Positions 18,568 through 28,145 of a DNA stretch of 32,468 bases are shown piece after piece (the stretch's first letter is position 1; every line of letters starts with the position of its first letter). Under the pieces are notes generated by a model. The model was given only the letters and a program-made list of their open reading frames with translations, was not told the origin of the DNA and made no database searches. Made by a program: the position numbers and the translations under genes. The stretch comes from Gemmatimonadaceae bacterium (GTDB taxonomy: Bacteria; Gemmatimonadota; Gemmatimonadetes; Gemmatimonadales; Gemmatimonadaceae). The stretch spans positions 1 to 32,468 of the forward strand of contig JBGAJQ010000061.1 in the NCBI GenBank assembly GCA_044224875.1, given 5' to 3'.

Positions 18568-18574
18568 TGTCCTC

Positions 18575-19291
18575 ATGTCTGGAGGCATTGCCATTCCCGC
18601 CGGTTTCCGCGGCACACGCGGCGAGCTACTGGTCGATCTGAAGCGCGCGCAACCGCTTACGGCAAAAGAACTTGCCGACAGATTTGGTGTTACCGCCAAC
18701 GCCCTGCGACGACACCTCAAGGAACTCGAGGTCGAGGGCTTGGTGCAGTACCGCCGGGAGATTCGCGGCGTGGGCGGGCCGATCTTCGCGTACTCACTGA
18801 CCGCGGCCGGTGAGGCCCTTTTTCCGCGCGCGTACGAATCGGCGCTGGAGCAGGCGCTCGAGCACGTGCGCGAAGTCGAGGGGACGGATGGGATCGTCCG
18901 GTTGTTCTGGCGACGCTGGGAGCGCATCGCCGAGTCGGCGAAGCCGGAGCTGGCGCGATTGCCGGTGACCGAGCGCGCACACCGACTAGCCGAGCTGCTC
19001 ACCTCGTTAGGCTACATGGCCGAGGCGGTGGACGCACCGGGAAGTGCGGAAGGGTCCACACAGACGCTGCACGAACACAACTGTGCGATTCGCTTTATCG
19101 CCGAGCGGTATCCGGAAGTGTGTGAGGCGGAGGAGCGGTTCATTGAGGCGGTGCTCGGGGCCGAGGTTACGCGCCAGGCGCACATCGCCAAGGGCGCCAA
19201 TTCCTGCAGTTACTGCATCCAGGCGAGCGCGGCGACCGACGCGCCAGTGGTCGCCTTACTGCGTGCCGATACGTGGCGGGAGAAGTCATGA
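18575..19291 (+). CDS. sufR: SufR-like winged-helix Fe-S-sensing transcriptional regulator
   Basis: HTH ([24 protein letters not shown]), FPRAY, and the HNC...CEAE...C ligand pattern. It is the first gene of the suf operon. Confidence 0.85.
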   Translation: MSGGIAIPAGFRGTRGELLVDLKRAQPLTAKELADRFGVTANALRRHLKELEVEGLVQYRREIRGVGGPIFAYSLTAAGEALFPRAYESALEQALEHVREVEGTDGIVRLFWRRWERIAESAKPELARLPVTERAHRLAELLTSLGYMAEAVDAPGSAEGSTQTLHEHNCAIRFIAERYPEVCEAEERFIEAVLGAEVTRQAHIAKGANSCSYCIQASAATDAPVVALLRADTWREKS

Positions 19292-20721
19292 GTTCACAGA
19301 TCGAATCACTGGTTGGGAAGGAGTACCAGTACGGGTTCACGACGGACATTGCCGTCGACCAGCTGCCTCCAGGGCTGAACGAGGACGTCGTCCGCGCGAT
19401 TTCGGCGAAGAAGAACGAGCCGCCGTTCATGCTCGAATGGCGGCTGAAGGCGTTCCGTCGCTGGCAGTCGATGAGCGAGCCGCACTGGGCGAACGTCACC
19501 TACACGCCGGTCGACTACCAGGCGGTGTCGTACTACTCGGCGCCCAAGACGGCCAAGCCGTTAGGCAGTCTGGACGAGCTTGACCCGAAGATCCGGGAAA
19601 CGTACGACAAGCTCGGCATCCCGCTGCACGAGCAGAAGCTGCTCGCCGGTGTGGCGGTGGATGCCGTGTTCGACTCGGTGTCGGTCGGGACGACGTACAA
19701 GGAGGAGCTGAAGAAGCACGGGATCATCTTCTGTTCCTTTGGCGAGGCGGTGCGCGAGCATCCCGACCTGGTGGAGAAGTACCTCGGCTCCGTGGTGCCG
19801 TACAGCGACAACTTCTTTGCGGCGCTGAACGCCGCGGTGTTCAGTGACGGATCCTTCGTGTACGTGCCCAAGGGCGTGCGCTGTCCGATGGAGCTGTCGA
19901 CCTACTTCCGGATCAACGCCGCAGACACCGGGCAGTTCGAGCGCACGCTGATTGTGGCTGACGAGGGCGCGTACGTGAGCTACCTGGAAGGCTGCACGGC
20001 GCCCAAGCGCTCGTCCAACCAGTTGCACGCCGCGGTGGTGGAGCTGGTGGCCCTGGACAACGCCACGGTGAAGTACTCGACGGTCCAGAACTGGTATGCC
20101 GGCGATGAGGAGGGCCGCGGTGGCATCTACAACTTCGTCACGAAGCGCGGCAAGGCCATGACGAACGCCAAGATCTCCTGGACGCAGGTCGAGACGGGTT
20201 CTGCGATCACCTGGAAATACCCGAGCGTGATCCTGCAGGGGGATAACTCCACCGGCGAATTCTACTCGGTGGCCGTGGTGAACAACCGCCAGCAGGCGGA
20301 CACCGGAACCAAGATGATCCACATCGGCCGAAACACGAAGTCGAACATCGTGTCGAAGGGGATTTCAGCGGGCCACGGGCAGAATTCCTATCGTGGCCAG
20401 GTGAAGGTGATGCCCCGTGCGACCGGAGCACGCAACTACACGCAATGCGATTCGATGTTGATCGGCAACCGGTGCGGTGCCCACACGTTTCCGTACATCG
20501 AAGCCCAGAATAACACGGCCATCGTGGAGCACGAAGCCAGCACGTCGAAGATTGGCGAAGACCAGATCTTCTACCTGAAGCAACGGGGGATGAGCGCCGA
20601 GCAGGCGGTCTCCATGATCGTGAGCGGCTTCTGTCGCGAGGTGTTCAAGGAGCTGCCGATGGAGTTCGCATTGGAAGCGCAGCAGCTGTTAGGCATTACG
20701 CTCGAAGGCAGTGTTGGTTAA
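19288..20721 (+). CDS. sufB: Fe-S cluster assembly protein SufB
   Basis: Motifs [58 protein letters not shown] and LEGSVG. Confidence 0.98.
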   Translation: MSSQIESLVGKEYQYGFTTDIAVDQLPPGLNEDVVRAISAKKNEPPFMLEWRLKAFRRWQSMSEPHWANVTYTPVDYQAVSYYSAPKTAKPLGSLDELDPKIRETYDKLGIPLHEQKLLAGVAVDAVFDSVSVGTTYKEELKKHGIIFCSFGEAVREHPDLVEKYLGSVVPYSDNFFAALNAAVFSDGSFVYVPKGVRCPMELSTYFRINAADTGQFERTLIVADEGAYVSYLEGCTAPKRSSNQLHAAVVELVALDNATVKYSTVQNWYAGDEEGRGGIYNFVTKRGKAMTNAKISWTQVETGSAITWKYPSVILQGDNSTGEFYSVAVVNNRQQADTGTKMIHIGRNTKSNIVSKGISAGHGQNSYRGQVKVMPRATGARNYTQCDSMLIGNRCGAHTFPYIEAQNNTAIVEHEASTSKIGEDQIFYLKQRGMSAEQAVSMIVSGFCREVFKELPMEFALEAQQLLGITLEGSVG

Positions 20722-20739
20722 CCCACGAGACGACGACTC

Positions 20740-21507
20740 ATGCTGAAGATTGTAGACTTGCGCGCCACCGCGGGCGAGAAGGAAATCCTGAAGGGCATCT
20801 CGCTGGAGGTGATGGCTGGCGAGGTCCACGCCATCATGGGTCCGAACGGTTCGGGAAAGAGCACGCTGGCACAGGTACTCGCCGGCCACCCGGGGTACGA
20901 GGTGACCAGTGGACACGTCGAGTACGACGGCAAGGACCTGCTGGCGATGGATCCTGAGGAGCGCGCACACGCGGGCGTGTTCCTCGCCTTTCAGTATCCG
21001 GTGGAAATTCCGGGCGTATCCAACGCCTACTTCCTGCGCACGGCCTACAACGAGGTACGGAAGGCACGCGGAGAGGAGGAAGTGGATCCCATGGACTTCC
21101 TGGACATCATGGCCGAGAAGTTGAAGCTGGTGGAAATGGATGAGGCCATGCTGCAACGCTCGGTGAACAGCGGATTCTCCGGCGGCGAGAAGAAACGCAA
21201 TGAGATCCTGCAGATGGCGGTGCTCGAACCACGTTTGGCGATTCTCGACGAAACCGACTCTGGCCTGGACATCGACGCGCTTCGCATCGTGGCCAACGGC
21301 GTGAACTCGCTGCGACGCCCAGACCGGGCGACGATCGTGGTGACTCACTACCAGCGACTGTTGAACTACATCGTCCCGGATCGCGTGCACGTCCTGGCGC
21401 AGGGGCGCATTGTACGCTCGGGTGGCAAGGAGCTGGCGTTGGAGCTGGAGGCGAAGGGCTACGACTGGTTGATCGATTCACCGTCTCCGGCGGGAGCGCG
21501 CGCGTGA
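20740..21507 (+). CDS. sufC: Fe-S cluster assembly ATPase SufC
   Basis: Motifs GPNGSGKST, FQYPVEIPGV, FSGGEKKRNE and LDETDSGLDID. Confidence 0.98.
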   Translation: MLKIVDLRATAGEKEILKGISLEVMAGEVHAIMGPNGSGKSTLAQVLAGHPGYEVTSGHVEYDGKDLLAMDPEERAHAGVFLAFQYPVEIPGVSNAYFLRTAYNEVRKARGEEEVDPMDFLDIMAEKLKLVEMDEAMLQRSVNSGFSGGEKKRNEILQMAVLEPRLAILDETDSGLDIDALRIVANGVNSLRRPDRATIVVTHYQRLLNYIVPDRVHVLAQGRIVRSGGKELALELEAKGYDWLIDSPSPAGARA

Positions 21508-22823
21508 GCACGTCGTACGCCGACCACTTCGCCGCGCTTGGCACTGACGGCAGTGGGCCCTCGTTTCTCGCGCCAATGCGACGCGATGCCTTGGCGCGCT
21601 TTGTGGCGTACGGCTTCCCGACTCCGCGCAACGAGGATTGGCATTTCACATCGCCGGCCCCAATCGCCGAGTCGTCGTTCGAGCCAATGCGCCCGATGTC
21701 CGTGGCGCCAAGCCGGCAGGACCTGGCGCCATGGCTACTGGGATCGCGCGACTGGCCGTTGCTGGTGTTCGTGAATGGCCGGTTCACGCCGTCGCTTTCT
21801 ACCATCGACTCGTTGCCGCCGGGTGTGCGGGCCATGAGCCTGGTGAGCGCGCTGCACGAGGAGCCCACCTTGGTGGAGAAGCACCTCGGGCGTCTCGCCA
21901 GCTACAATGATCAGGCGCTGGCGTTCACGGCGCTCAACACGGCTCTGATGCGGGACGGCGCGGTGGTCCACGTGTCGCGCGATACGACCACCGAGGTGCC
22001 GCTCCACCTGCTGTTCCTCACCGATGCCGCGGCCGATGGGGGTGTCACCCACCCACGCAACCTGCTGGTCGTCGAGCGGCACGCCAAGATCAGCGTCATC
22101 GAGCAGTATGCCTCATTCACCACCGCGCGGTATCTGGCGAACCCCGTCACCGAGGCAGTGGTAGAGGATGGGGCAACCCTGCACCACTATCGTCTGCAAC
22201 GAGAGTCCCCGCGTGCGTTCCACACGGGGCATGTCGAAACTCGACTGAATCGCGACGCCCACTACGTATCCTTCGCCTTCGCCACAGGCGCCGAGCTGTC
22301 ACGGACAAACATCTATGCCACGTTAGGTGGCGACGGGTGCGGCGCGACGCTCAATGGCCTGTATATGTTGGATGGTGCGCAGCACTGTGACCACCAGACG
22401 CGCATCGAGCACGCCCAGCCAAACTGCTATTCGCGTGAGGTCTACAAGGGCATTCTCGACGGCGAGTCTCACGGGGTGTTCAACGGCAAGGTCTATGTGC
22501 ACCCGGTGGCGCAGAAGACGGACGGCAAGCAGACCAACAACACACTCCTGTTGTCCGAGCGCGCGCGCATCGACACCAAGCCGCAACTGGAAATCTTCGC
22601 CGACGACGTGAAGTGTACGCATGGCGCCACGGTTGGCCGGTTGGACGCGATCAGCGCCTTCTACATGCAGAGCCGTGGCATCACGGCCGAGACGACGCGG
22701 CGATTGCTCACGTACGCCTTCGCGGCGGAAGTGCTGGAAACGATTCCGCTCCTTCCACTGCGGACGGCGCTGGAGGCGCTGACGCTCGCTCGCTACGCTG
22801 GCGAGGGTCCGCGCGGGGGGTAA
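21504..22823 (+). CDS. sufD: Fe-S cluster assembly protein SufD
   Basis: Motifs GFPTPRNEDWHFT, GVFNGKVYV, AQKTD and KPQLEIFADDVKCTHGATVG. Confidence 0.97.
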   Translation: MSTSYADHFAALGTDGSGPSFLAPMRRDALARFVAYGFPTPRNEDWHFTSPAPIAESSFEPMRPMSVAPSRQDLAPWLLGSRDWPLLVFVNGRFTPSLSTIDSLPPGVRAMSLVSALHEEPTLVEKHLGRLASYNDQALAFTALNTALMRDGAVVHVSRDTTTEVPLHLLFLTDAAADGGVTHPRNLLVVERHAKISVIEQYASFTTARYLANPVTEAVVEDGATLHHYRLQRESPRAFHTGHVETRLNRDAHYVSFAFATGAELSRTNIYATLGGDGCGATLNGLYMLDGAQHCDHQTRIEHAQPNCYSREVYKGILDGESHGVFNGKVYVHPVAQKTDGKQTNNTLLLSERARIDTKPQLEIFADDVKCTHGATVGRLDAISAFYMQSRGITAETTRRLLTYAFAAEVLETIPLLPLRTALEALTLARYAGEGPRGG

Positions 22824-22827
22824 TGCC

Positions 22828-24099
22828 ATGAGCTCGGCGATTACGACTGAAGGGACGGCCGCGGCACGCGGTCAGGTCACGCGACTCGATCCGGAGCTGA
22901 TTCGCGCCGACTTCCCGATCCTGCAGAAGCGCGTGCGCGGCAAACCACTCGTGTACCTGGACAGTGCCGCCACGAGCCAGAAGCCTCGTGTGGTCATCGA
23001 AGCCATTCGAGACTATTACGAATCGTCCAACGGCAATATTCACCGTGGCGTGCACTACCTGGCGGAACGCGCCACGCAGCTCTATGACGAAACGCGTCTG
23101 GCGGTGCAGCGCTTCATCAACGCCCCGCACGTGCATGAGGTGATCTTCACGCGCGGCACGACCGAGGCGGTGAACCTGGTGGCGAGTTCGTTCGGGCAGG
23201 CCTTCGTGCGCTCGGGCGACGAGATCATCGTGTCCGTCCTCGAGCATCACTCGAACTTTGTCCCATGGCAGATGCTCGCCGAACGGACCGGCGCCGTCCT
23301 GCGGTTCATCCCGGTGACGGACATCGGCGAGTTGGACCTGACGGTGCTGGCCGATCTCTTATCGCCCCGTACGCGGCTGGTGGCGGTGAACCACGTGTCC
23401 AACGCCATGGGGACCATCAATCCGGTCGAGCGCATCGTGGCGATGGCGCACGCGGCGGGGGCAGCCGTTCTTATCGATGCGGCCCAAGCCGCGCCGCACA
23501 TCGCCGTGGACGTCCAGACACTCGATTGCGACTTCTACGCGTTTTCCGGACACAAGATGCTCGGGCCCACTGGCGTGGGAGTGTTGTACGGTAAGACCTC
23601 GTGGCTAGAGCGAATGCCGCCGTACCAGGGAGGCGGCGACATGATCGACACGGTGACGCTGGAAGGGACCACGTACGCGCCGCTGCCGTCCAAGTTCGAG
23701 GCAGGCACGCCGGACATCGCGGCCGTCGCCGGGTTTGCGCCCGCCATCGCCTACCTCGAGCAGCTCGGTATGGACGCCATCGCCGCTCACGAGCACGACA
23801 TGCTCGCGTACGCCACGGAACGCCTTCAGGAAGTGCCCGGAACGCACGTGATGGGCACTTCACCGGCGAAGGCTGGCGTCTTGAGCTTCACCATGGATGG
23901 CGTACACCCGCACGACATTGGCACGATCCTGGACGCCGACGGTGTTGCCGTACGCGCCGGCCATCATTGTGCGCAGCCGCTCATGCGACGGTTTGGTGTG
24001 CCGTCCACCGCGCGTGCATCGTTCTACGTCTACACGACGCGAGAGGATGTGGATGCACTGATCCGTGGCCTGCATAACGTGCGGGCGATCTTCGGATGA
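22828..24099 (+). CDS. sufS: Cysteine desulfurase SufS
   Basis: Motifs YLDSAATSQKP, EHHSN, FSGHKMLGPTG, FEAGTP and RAGHHCA. Confidence 0.97.
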   Translation: MSSAITTEGTAAARGQVTRLDPELIRADFPILQKRVRGKPLVYLDSAATSQKPRVVIEAIRDYYESSNGNIHRGVHYLAERATQLYDETRLAVQRFINAPHVHEVIFTRGTTEAVNLVASSFGQAFVRSGDEIIVSVLEHHSNFVPWQMLAERTGAVLRFIPVTDIGELDLTVLADLLSPRTRLVAVNHVSNAMGTINPVERIVAMAHAAGAAVLIDAAQAAPHIAVDVQTLDCDFYAFSGHKMLGPTGVGVLYGKTSWLERMPPYQGGGDMIDTVTLEGTTYAPLPSKFEAGTPDIAAVAGFAPAIAYLEQLGMDAIAAHEHDMLAYATERLQEVPGTHVMGTSPAKAGVLSFTMDGVHPHDIGTILDADGVAVRAGHHCAQPLMRRFGVPSTARASFYVYTTREDVDALIRGLHNVRAIFG

Positions 24100-24557
24100 G
24101 CATGGACCTGAGCGGTGTGTACCAGGAGATCATCCTCGAGCACAATCGCTCACCCCGGACTTGGGGGGAGCTTGCCGATGCGTCTCGAACCGTTCAGGGT
24201 CACAATCCCCTGTGTGGCGACAAGCTGCAACTTTGGGTGAAGTTCGAGGGCGATCGCGTGACAGACGTGCGCTTTCGCGGCGAGGGCTGTGCGATCTCCA
24301 AGGCATCCGCGTCCATGATGACGCAGGCGATCAAGGGAAAGACGAAGGCAGAAGCGGAGGAGCTGTTTGAGCGCTTTCACGCGTTAGTCACAGGTACTGC
24401 CGATGCAGAGTCGCGCGCCAGTCTAGGGCGATTGGAAGCGTTTGCCGGCGTGGCGCGGCTACCGACACGAGTGAAGTGCGCGACGCTGGCGTGGCACGCA
24501 CTGCATGAGGCCATTGCTGACGACGGAGCTGTGACTCCATCGGGTTCGACGTCCTAG
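24096..24557 (+). CDS. sufU: SUF-system NifU-family sulfur-transfer protein SufU
   Basis: Motifs NPLCGD, GCAISKASASMM and RVKCATLAWH. Confidence 0.95.
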   Translation: MSMDLSGVYQEIILEHNRSPRTWGELADASRTVQGHNPLCGDKLQLWVKFEGDRVTDVRFRGEGCAISKASASMMTQAIKGKTKAEAEELFERFHALVTGTADAESRASLGRLEAFAGVARLPTRVKCATLAWHALHEAIADDGAVTPSGSTS

Positions 24558-24579
24558 GCCCAGGCCTGTACTATCCCTC

Positions 24580-24900
24580 GTGTCCGTGGAAGATCTCTCG
24601 GCTCTGGACGACATTCCTGACCCTGGCGTGCTTCCCGTCCGGCTTTCCGATGGACGGGCGGTCTGCCTGGTTCGGTCGGGGAATCAGGTGAGTGCGTTCC
24701 TTGATGAGTGCCCGCACAACGGGATGCCGCTCTCGGCGGGGGACGTCTTGAGCGGATGTGAGTTGGAGTGCACCTGGCACGGCGCGCGCTTCGACTGTCG
24801 CACCGGAGCACTGCGTCGGGGGCCTGCCGAAGCGGGCCTTACGCCAATTCGCGTGGGTGTTGTTGGCGGTCGGGTAGTGCTCGAGCCAACGACGACCTAA
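24580..24900 (+). CDS. Rieske 2Fe-2S ferredoxin
   Basis: Ligand motifs CPH and CTWHGARFD. Confidence 0.9.
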   Translation: MSVEDLSALDDIPDPGVLPVRLSDGRAVCLVRSGNQVSAFLDECPHNGMPLSAGDVLSGCELECTWHGARFDCRTGALRRGPAEAGLTPIRVGVVGGRVVLEPTTT

Positions 24901-25166
24901 CGAGCGCTAGTCTGTCTCGGCCGTGCACCCAGGGGAATGGCCGGCGTCTGACGGTAGGCGTCGCGTAACAGGGTCGCGACGCGTTCTTGCCACGTGGCGG
25001 GACGCGGCAGCATGCGGGGCTCCGATATGGTCCGTCCACCCCAATGTCGCTCCGCTCCCATCACGGGACCCGGAACCCGCATGCCACCTGCAACCTGCAC
25101 CAGTCCCCGCACCTCGGCGCGCCCCGTTCCCGCTGAAACCAGTCGCTCGTTTGGCACAAGGATCTC

Positions 25167-25961
25167 CTACGCGATCTGCCGTTGGCCGGACCCTTCCCGC
25201 ATCGCATACGCGGGTAGGCCCGTAGACCGAACCGGCATCGCCGAACGTCGCTGCACCATGCGACGGAAGTCTTTGGCGCCCTGTTCGAAGAAGCCGCTGC
25301 GTCGCAGCGAAAGCTCCAACACCCACTCCCATCCATGGGCGTCGTGAAACGCGCGATCGGACACGCCCAACAAGTCTTGCATGCGTTCGCGGGTTTCGAG
25401 AGCGCATGGCGCCGTGTCGCTCAGCAGCCGGTTCAGTGACGTCCGGTCGGCTGCATACTCGGCGAATTGCGCGGCATGCTGCCAATCGAGCGCGTTCCAG
25501 GTGCCGAGCATGGCCAGATGGTCGCGCGCCTGGAATGGGAGATAGCTCGCTTCCACACGGCGAAGCAGCGGGCGCGAGAACAAGTCGGAGAGGGTTCGAC
25601 CAACGGAATGGACCTTGGTACGCCTAACGATCCACTCCACGAGGGTGCTCGGGGTGGGTCGTGGGCGATCGTCCACCGATCGCAGGATGGCGCTGGTGGC
25701 ATCACCGAGTCCGTCCAGGCCCACGACCTGACAGGTACGTGGGACGCGACGTGTGCCGCGGCCGCCAATCCGCCGATCCGTCAGGATGCAGACCGGGCAC
25801 CACGGGGCAACATCCATGGTCGTCCGCAGGTCGGTCATCGACGGTGCACGCATGACCGTATCAACGAGGAGCACGGAGCCCATGGGCGGCGCGTCATCGC
25901 GCAGCCAACGCACCATGGCGTAGGGCGGCTCCAGCACGAGAAGAGGAAGTGGGCTGCTCAT
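25167..25961 (-). CDS. Hypothetical protein, possibly a degenerate receiver plus helical regulator
   Basis: 264-aa ORF co-oriented downstream of the response regulator. TATCCT lies 7 nt before ATG 25961. Confidence 0.6.
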   Translation of the reverse strand: MSSPLPLLVLEPPYAMVRWLRDDAPPMGSVLLVDTVMRAPSMTDLRTTMDVAPWCPVCILTDRRIGGRGTRRVPRTCQVVGLDGLGDATSAILRSVDDRPRPTPSTLVEWIVRRTKVHSVGRTLSDLFSRPLLRRVEASYLPFQARDHLAMLGTWNALDWQHAAQFAEYAADRTSLNRLLSDTAPCALETRERMQDLLGVSDRAFHDAHGWEWVLELSLRRSGFFEQGAKDFRRMVQRRSAMPVRSTGLPAYAMREGSGQRQIA

Positions 25962-26058
25962 GGCAAGCAGGATAGAACCCGCTCGCCAGACTGTACACTC
26001 GTGCAAACCCTAGTTACGCCACGAAGTCGTAACGGCCCCGCGACACACGTCGTTCTCG

Positions 26059-26718
26059 TCAGGCATCGGTGGTGGTCGACGCGCCACCGTCACCACCGAA
26101 TTGCAGCATGATGGCGAACCGCATCAGCCCCAACTCGGTGGTAATGCCGAGGGCCTTTCGCATGCTCGCTCGATGAAACTCCACCGTGCGCGGACTGAGT
26201 TTCAACTCCTCGGCGATTTCGCCCGTGCTCTTGCCGGCGCCGATCAAGCGGAGGATCTCGAGGTGACGCGGCGTTAGGCGGTCCAGCTCTGGATGCTCCA
26301 CGGCCACACCATCGCGGAAGGACCGGCGTGGCACGCGAGGCGAAATGAACCGCTTGCCGGCGAGGACTTCCGCGATCGCATTGTTGAGCTCGTCCGCCGA
26401 CGCCTCCTTGGGGAGGAACGCATGCGCCCCCGCCTGCATGGCCAAGTCCGCCAAGGTTCGATCGACGTGCATCGTGACGACCACCACCTTGATCTCCGGT
26501 ACTGCGGCGATCAGCTCCGGTATAAGCTCGAGTCCGTTGCGATGGGGCATGGACACGTCGAGGATGATGACCTCCGGCGTGTGCTTGACGGCCGTGCCAA
26601 TGATCTCCCGCGCGTCGCTTTCGACGGCCACCACGAAGTACTGCGGCTTGAGTACCGCCTTGAGACCCTGACTCACCAGTGGATGATCATCGGCGATCAT
26701 CACCGCAACTCGACGCAT
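26059..26718 (-). CDS. NarL/LuxR-family response regulator
   Basis: IADDH, ILDVSMP, T and K of the receiver domain, and the HTH LTPRHLEILRLIGAGKSTGEIAEELKLSPRTVEFH. GAGGGAG RBS. Confidence 0.95.
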   Translation of the reverse strand: MRRVAVMIADDHPLVSQGLKAVLKPQYFVVAVESDAREIIGTAVKHTPEVIILDVSMPHRNGLELIPELIAAVPEIKVVVVTMHVDRTLADLAMQAGAHAFLPKEASADELNNAIAEVLAGKRFISPRVPRRSFRDGVAVEHPELDRLTPRHLEILRLIGAGKSTGEIAEELKLSPRTVEFHRASMRKALGITTELGLMRFAIMLQFGGDGGASTTTDA

Positions 26719-27183
26719 CTTGCTCCCTCAGTGCAACGGACGATTTCGGCGCGACATGCTCGAACAGAGCACAATGGCCAAGTGGGGGTCGCACGAACAG
26801 TAGGGAAGAAATGCATGCTGATCGGCGAATTGTCGAGTGTGTCGTAATGGTCCGGCGCCTATCGCGTTCCTTGGCGTCCGCGCCGACAAACCGGTTGGAA
26901 TACGTGTCGGCGACACGCCGCCTTTCGTGCGCATCATGCGAGCGTCGTCGGCAGGTTGCGGCCACGGGCACGTTCATCCTGACGCCGATGAACGCCCTTG
27001 GGCGGGGTGAAACTGGACTGCCGCGCGCGGCGTATGGCGCCGAACCACCACTGTCGGCTTCGTCTCGATCGCACCCATGTCCCCACTCACTGGTCTCGTC
27101 CGCGCCTGCCGCGTCCTTCGGTGCCGCCGACCGTGCGCCCGATGAGAATGTCGCACCGGCGATAGCGGCGGCCAGGATCGACC

Positions 27184-28071
27184 ATGTCTCGCCCCATGTC
27201 ATCGTCGCCATCGCCACGTCTCGGGTACGGCCAGAATTTCGGCACGCCCGATCGTCGGGTTGTATCTGACGACGTGGTCGTGACGCTCATGCGCCCCGAT
27301 CCGGTGTTGGAAGTCGAGCTGCACACCCACGACACCGCGCATTTGATCCTCCATCTGCGTGGTGACTACCGCAGTTCGGCGATGGGTGCACCCACCGTAT
27401 GCCGGCAACCCATGCTGGTCTACAATCCGCCGGGCACAACGCATCGTGATCACTACGCGCGCAGCGATCGTGTCGTCACCGGCCGTTTTCTTTCGATACA
27501 ACTCTCGGCGCGCTTGTGGGACTCGGTTGCGGGCACACATCAACTCGCCGTGGACGCCGAGTGCCGGTGCGACCCGCGATCGCTGGCCGTGGCGGGTCAG
27601 TTGGTGTCGATCGTGCGCGAGGATTGCCCGATGGAAGTGGAGGTGGACGCCCTCGTCCTGGAACTTCTCGCCCGCCATGCCGCGCCAACCTCGTTGCCAC
27701 GGTTGTCACCCCATGTACCGCCGTGGTTCGAGCGGGCGTTGGAGCTGTTACGCGATCGCTGGAGCGAAGCGGTTTCCATTTCCGATGTGGCGCGAGCCTG
27801 CGACGTCCACCCGGTCTACCTGGCGCGTGTGTTCAGAAAGCGGCTGGGCCAGACGCCCGGTGATGTGATCCGAGAGGCACGCGTGCAACACGCGTCGGAC
27901 CTGCTTACCACCACCACGAACACACTGAGCGAGGTGGCGCTGATGTGCGGGTTCGCCGACCAGAGTCACCTGACGACAGCGTTTCGTCGCTCTTGCGCCA
28001 TGACCCCTGGTCGGTATCGCCGCTTGTTCTCGGGGCCCTACGACTTCGACGGTGGTCGCACCATCGATTGA
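27184..28071 (+). CDS. AraC-family transcriptional regulator with cupin sensor
   Basis: HTH (His-Thr-His) cupin motif and PPG, then VHPVYLARVFR and VALMCGFADQSHLTTAFR...TPGRYR. The start may be 27196. Confidence 0.92.
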   Translation: MSRPMSSSPSPRLGYGQNFGTPDRRVVSDDVVVTLMRPDPVLEVELHTHDTAHLILHLRGDYRSSAMGAPTVCRQPMLVYNPPGTTHRDHYARSDRVVTGRFLSIQLSARLWDSVAGTHQLAVDAECRCDPRSLAVAGQLVSIVREDCPMEVEVDALVLELLARHAAPTSLPRLSPHVPPWFERALELLRDRWSEAVSISDVARACDVHPVYLARVFRKRLGQTPGDVIREARVQHASDLLTTTTNTLSEVALMCGFADQSHLTTAFRRSCAMTPGRYRRLFSGPYDFDGGRTID

Positions 28072-28145
28072 TGCGCCGTGTCCGACGAGGATCGGACGGT
28101 CACGTCTTGCGGGGGCAGCGCGACCACGGCATGTCCGCCGCGCAC

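Noticed and set aside
26687..27217. 176-aa and 196-aa ORFs across the region between the response regulator and AraC
   Set aside because: They overlap both flanking gene starts, are low-complexity and have no motifs. This is more likely a divergent promoter region.
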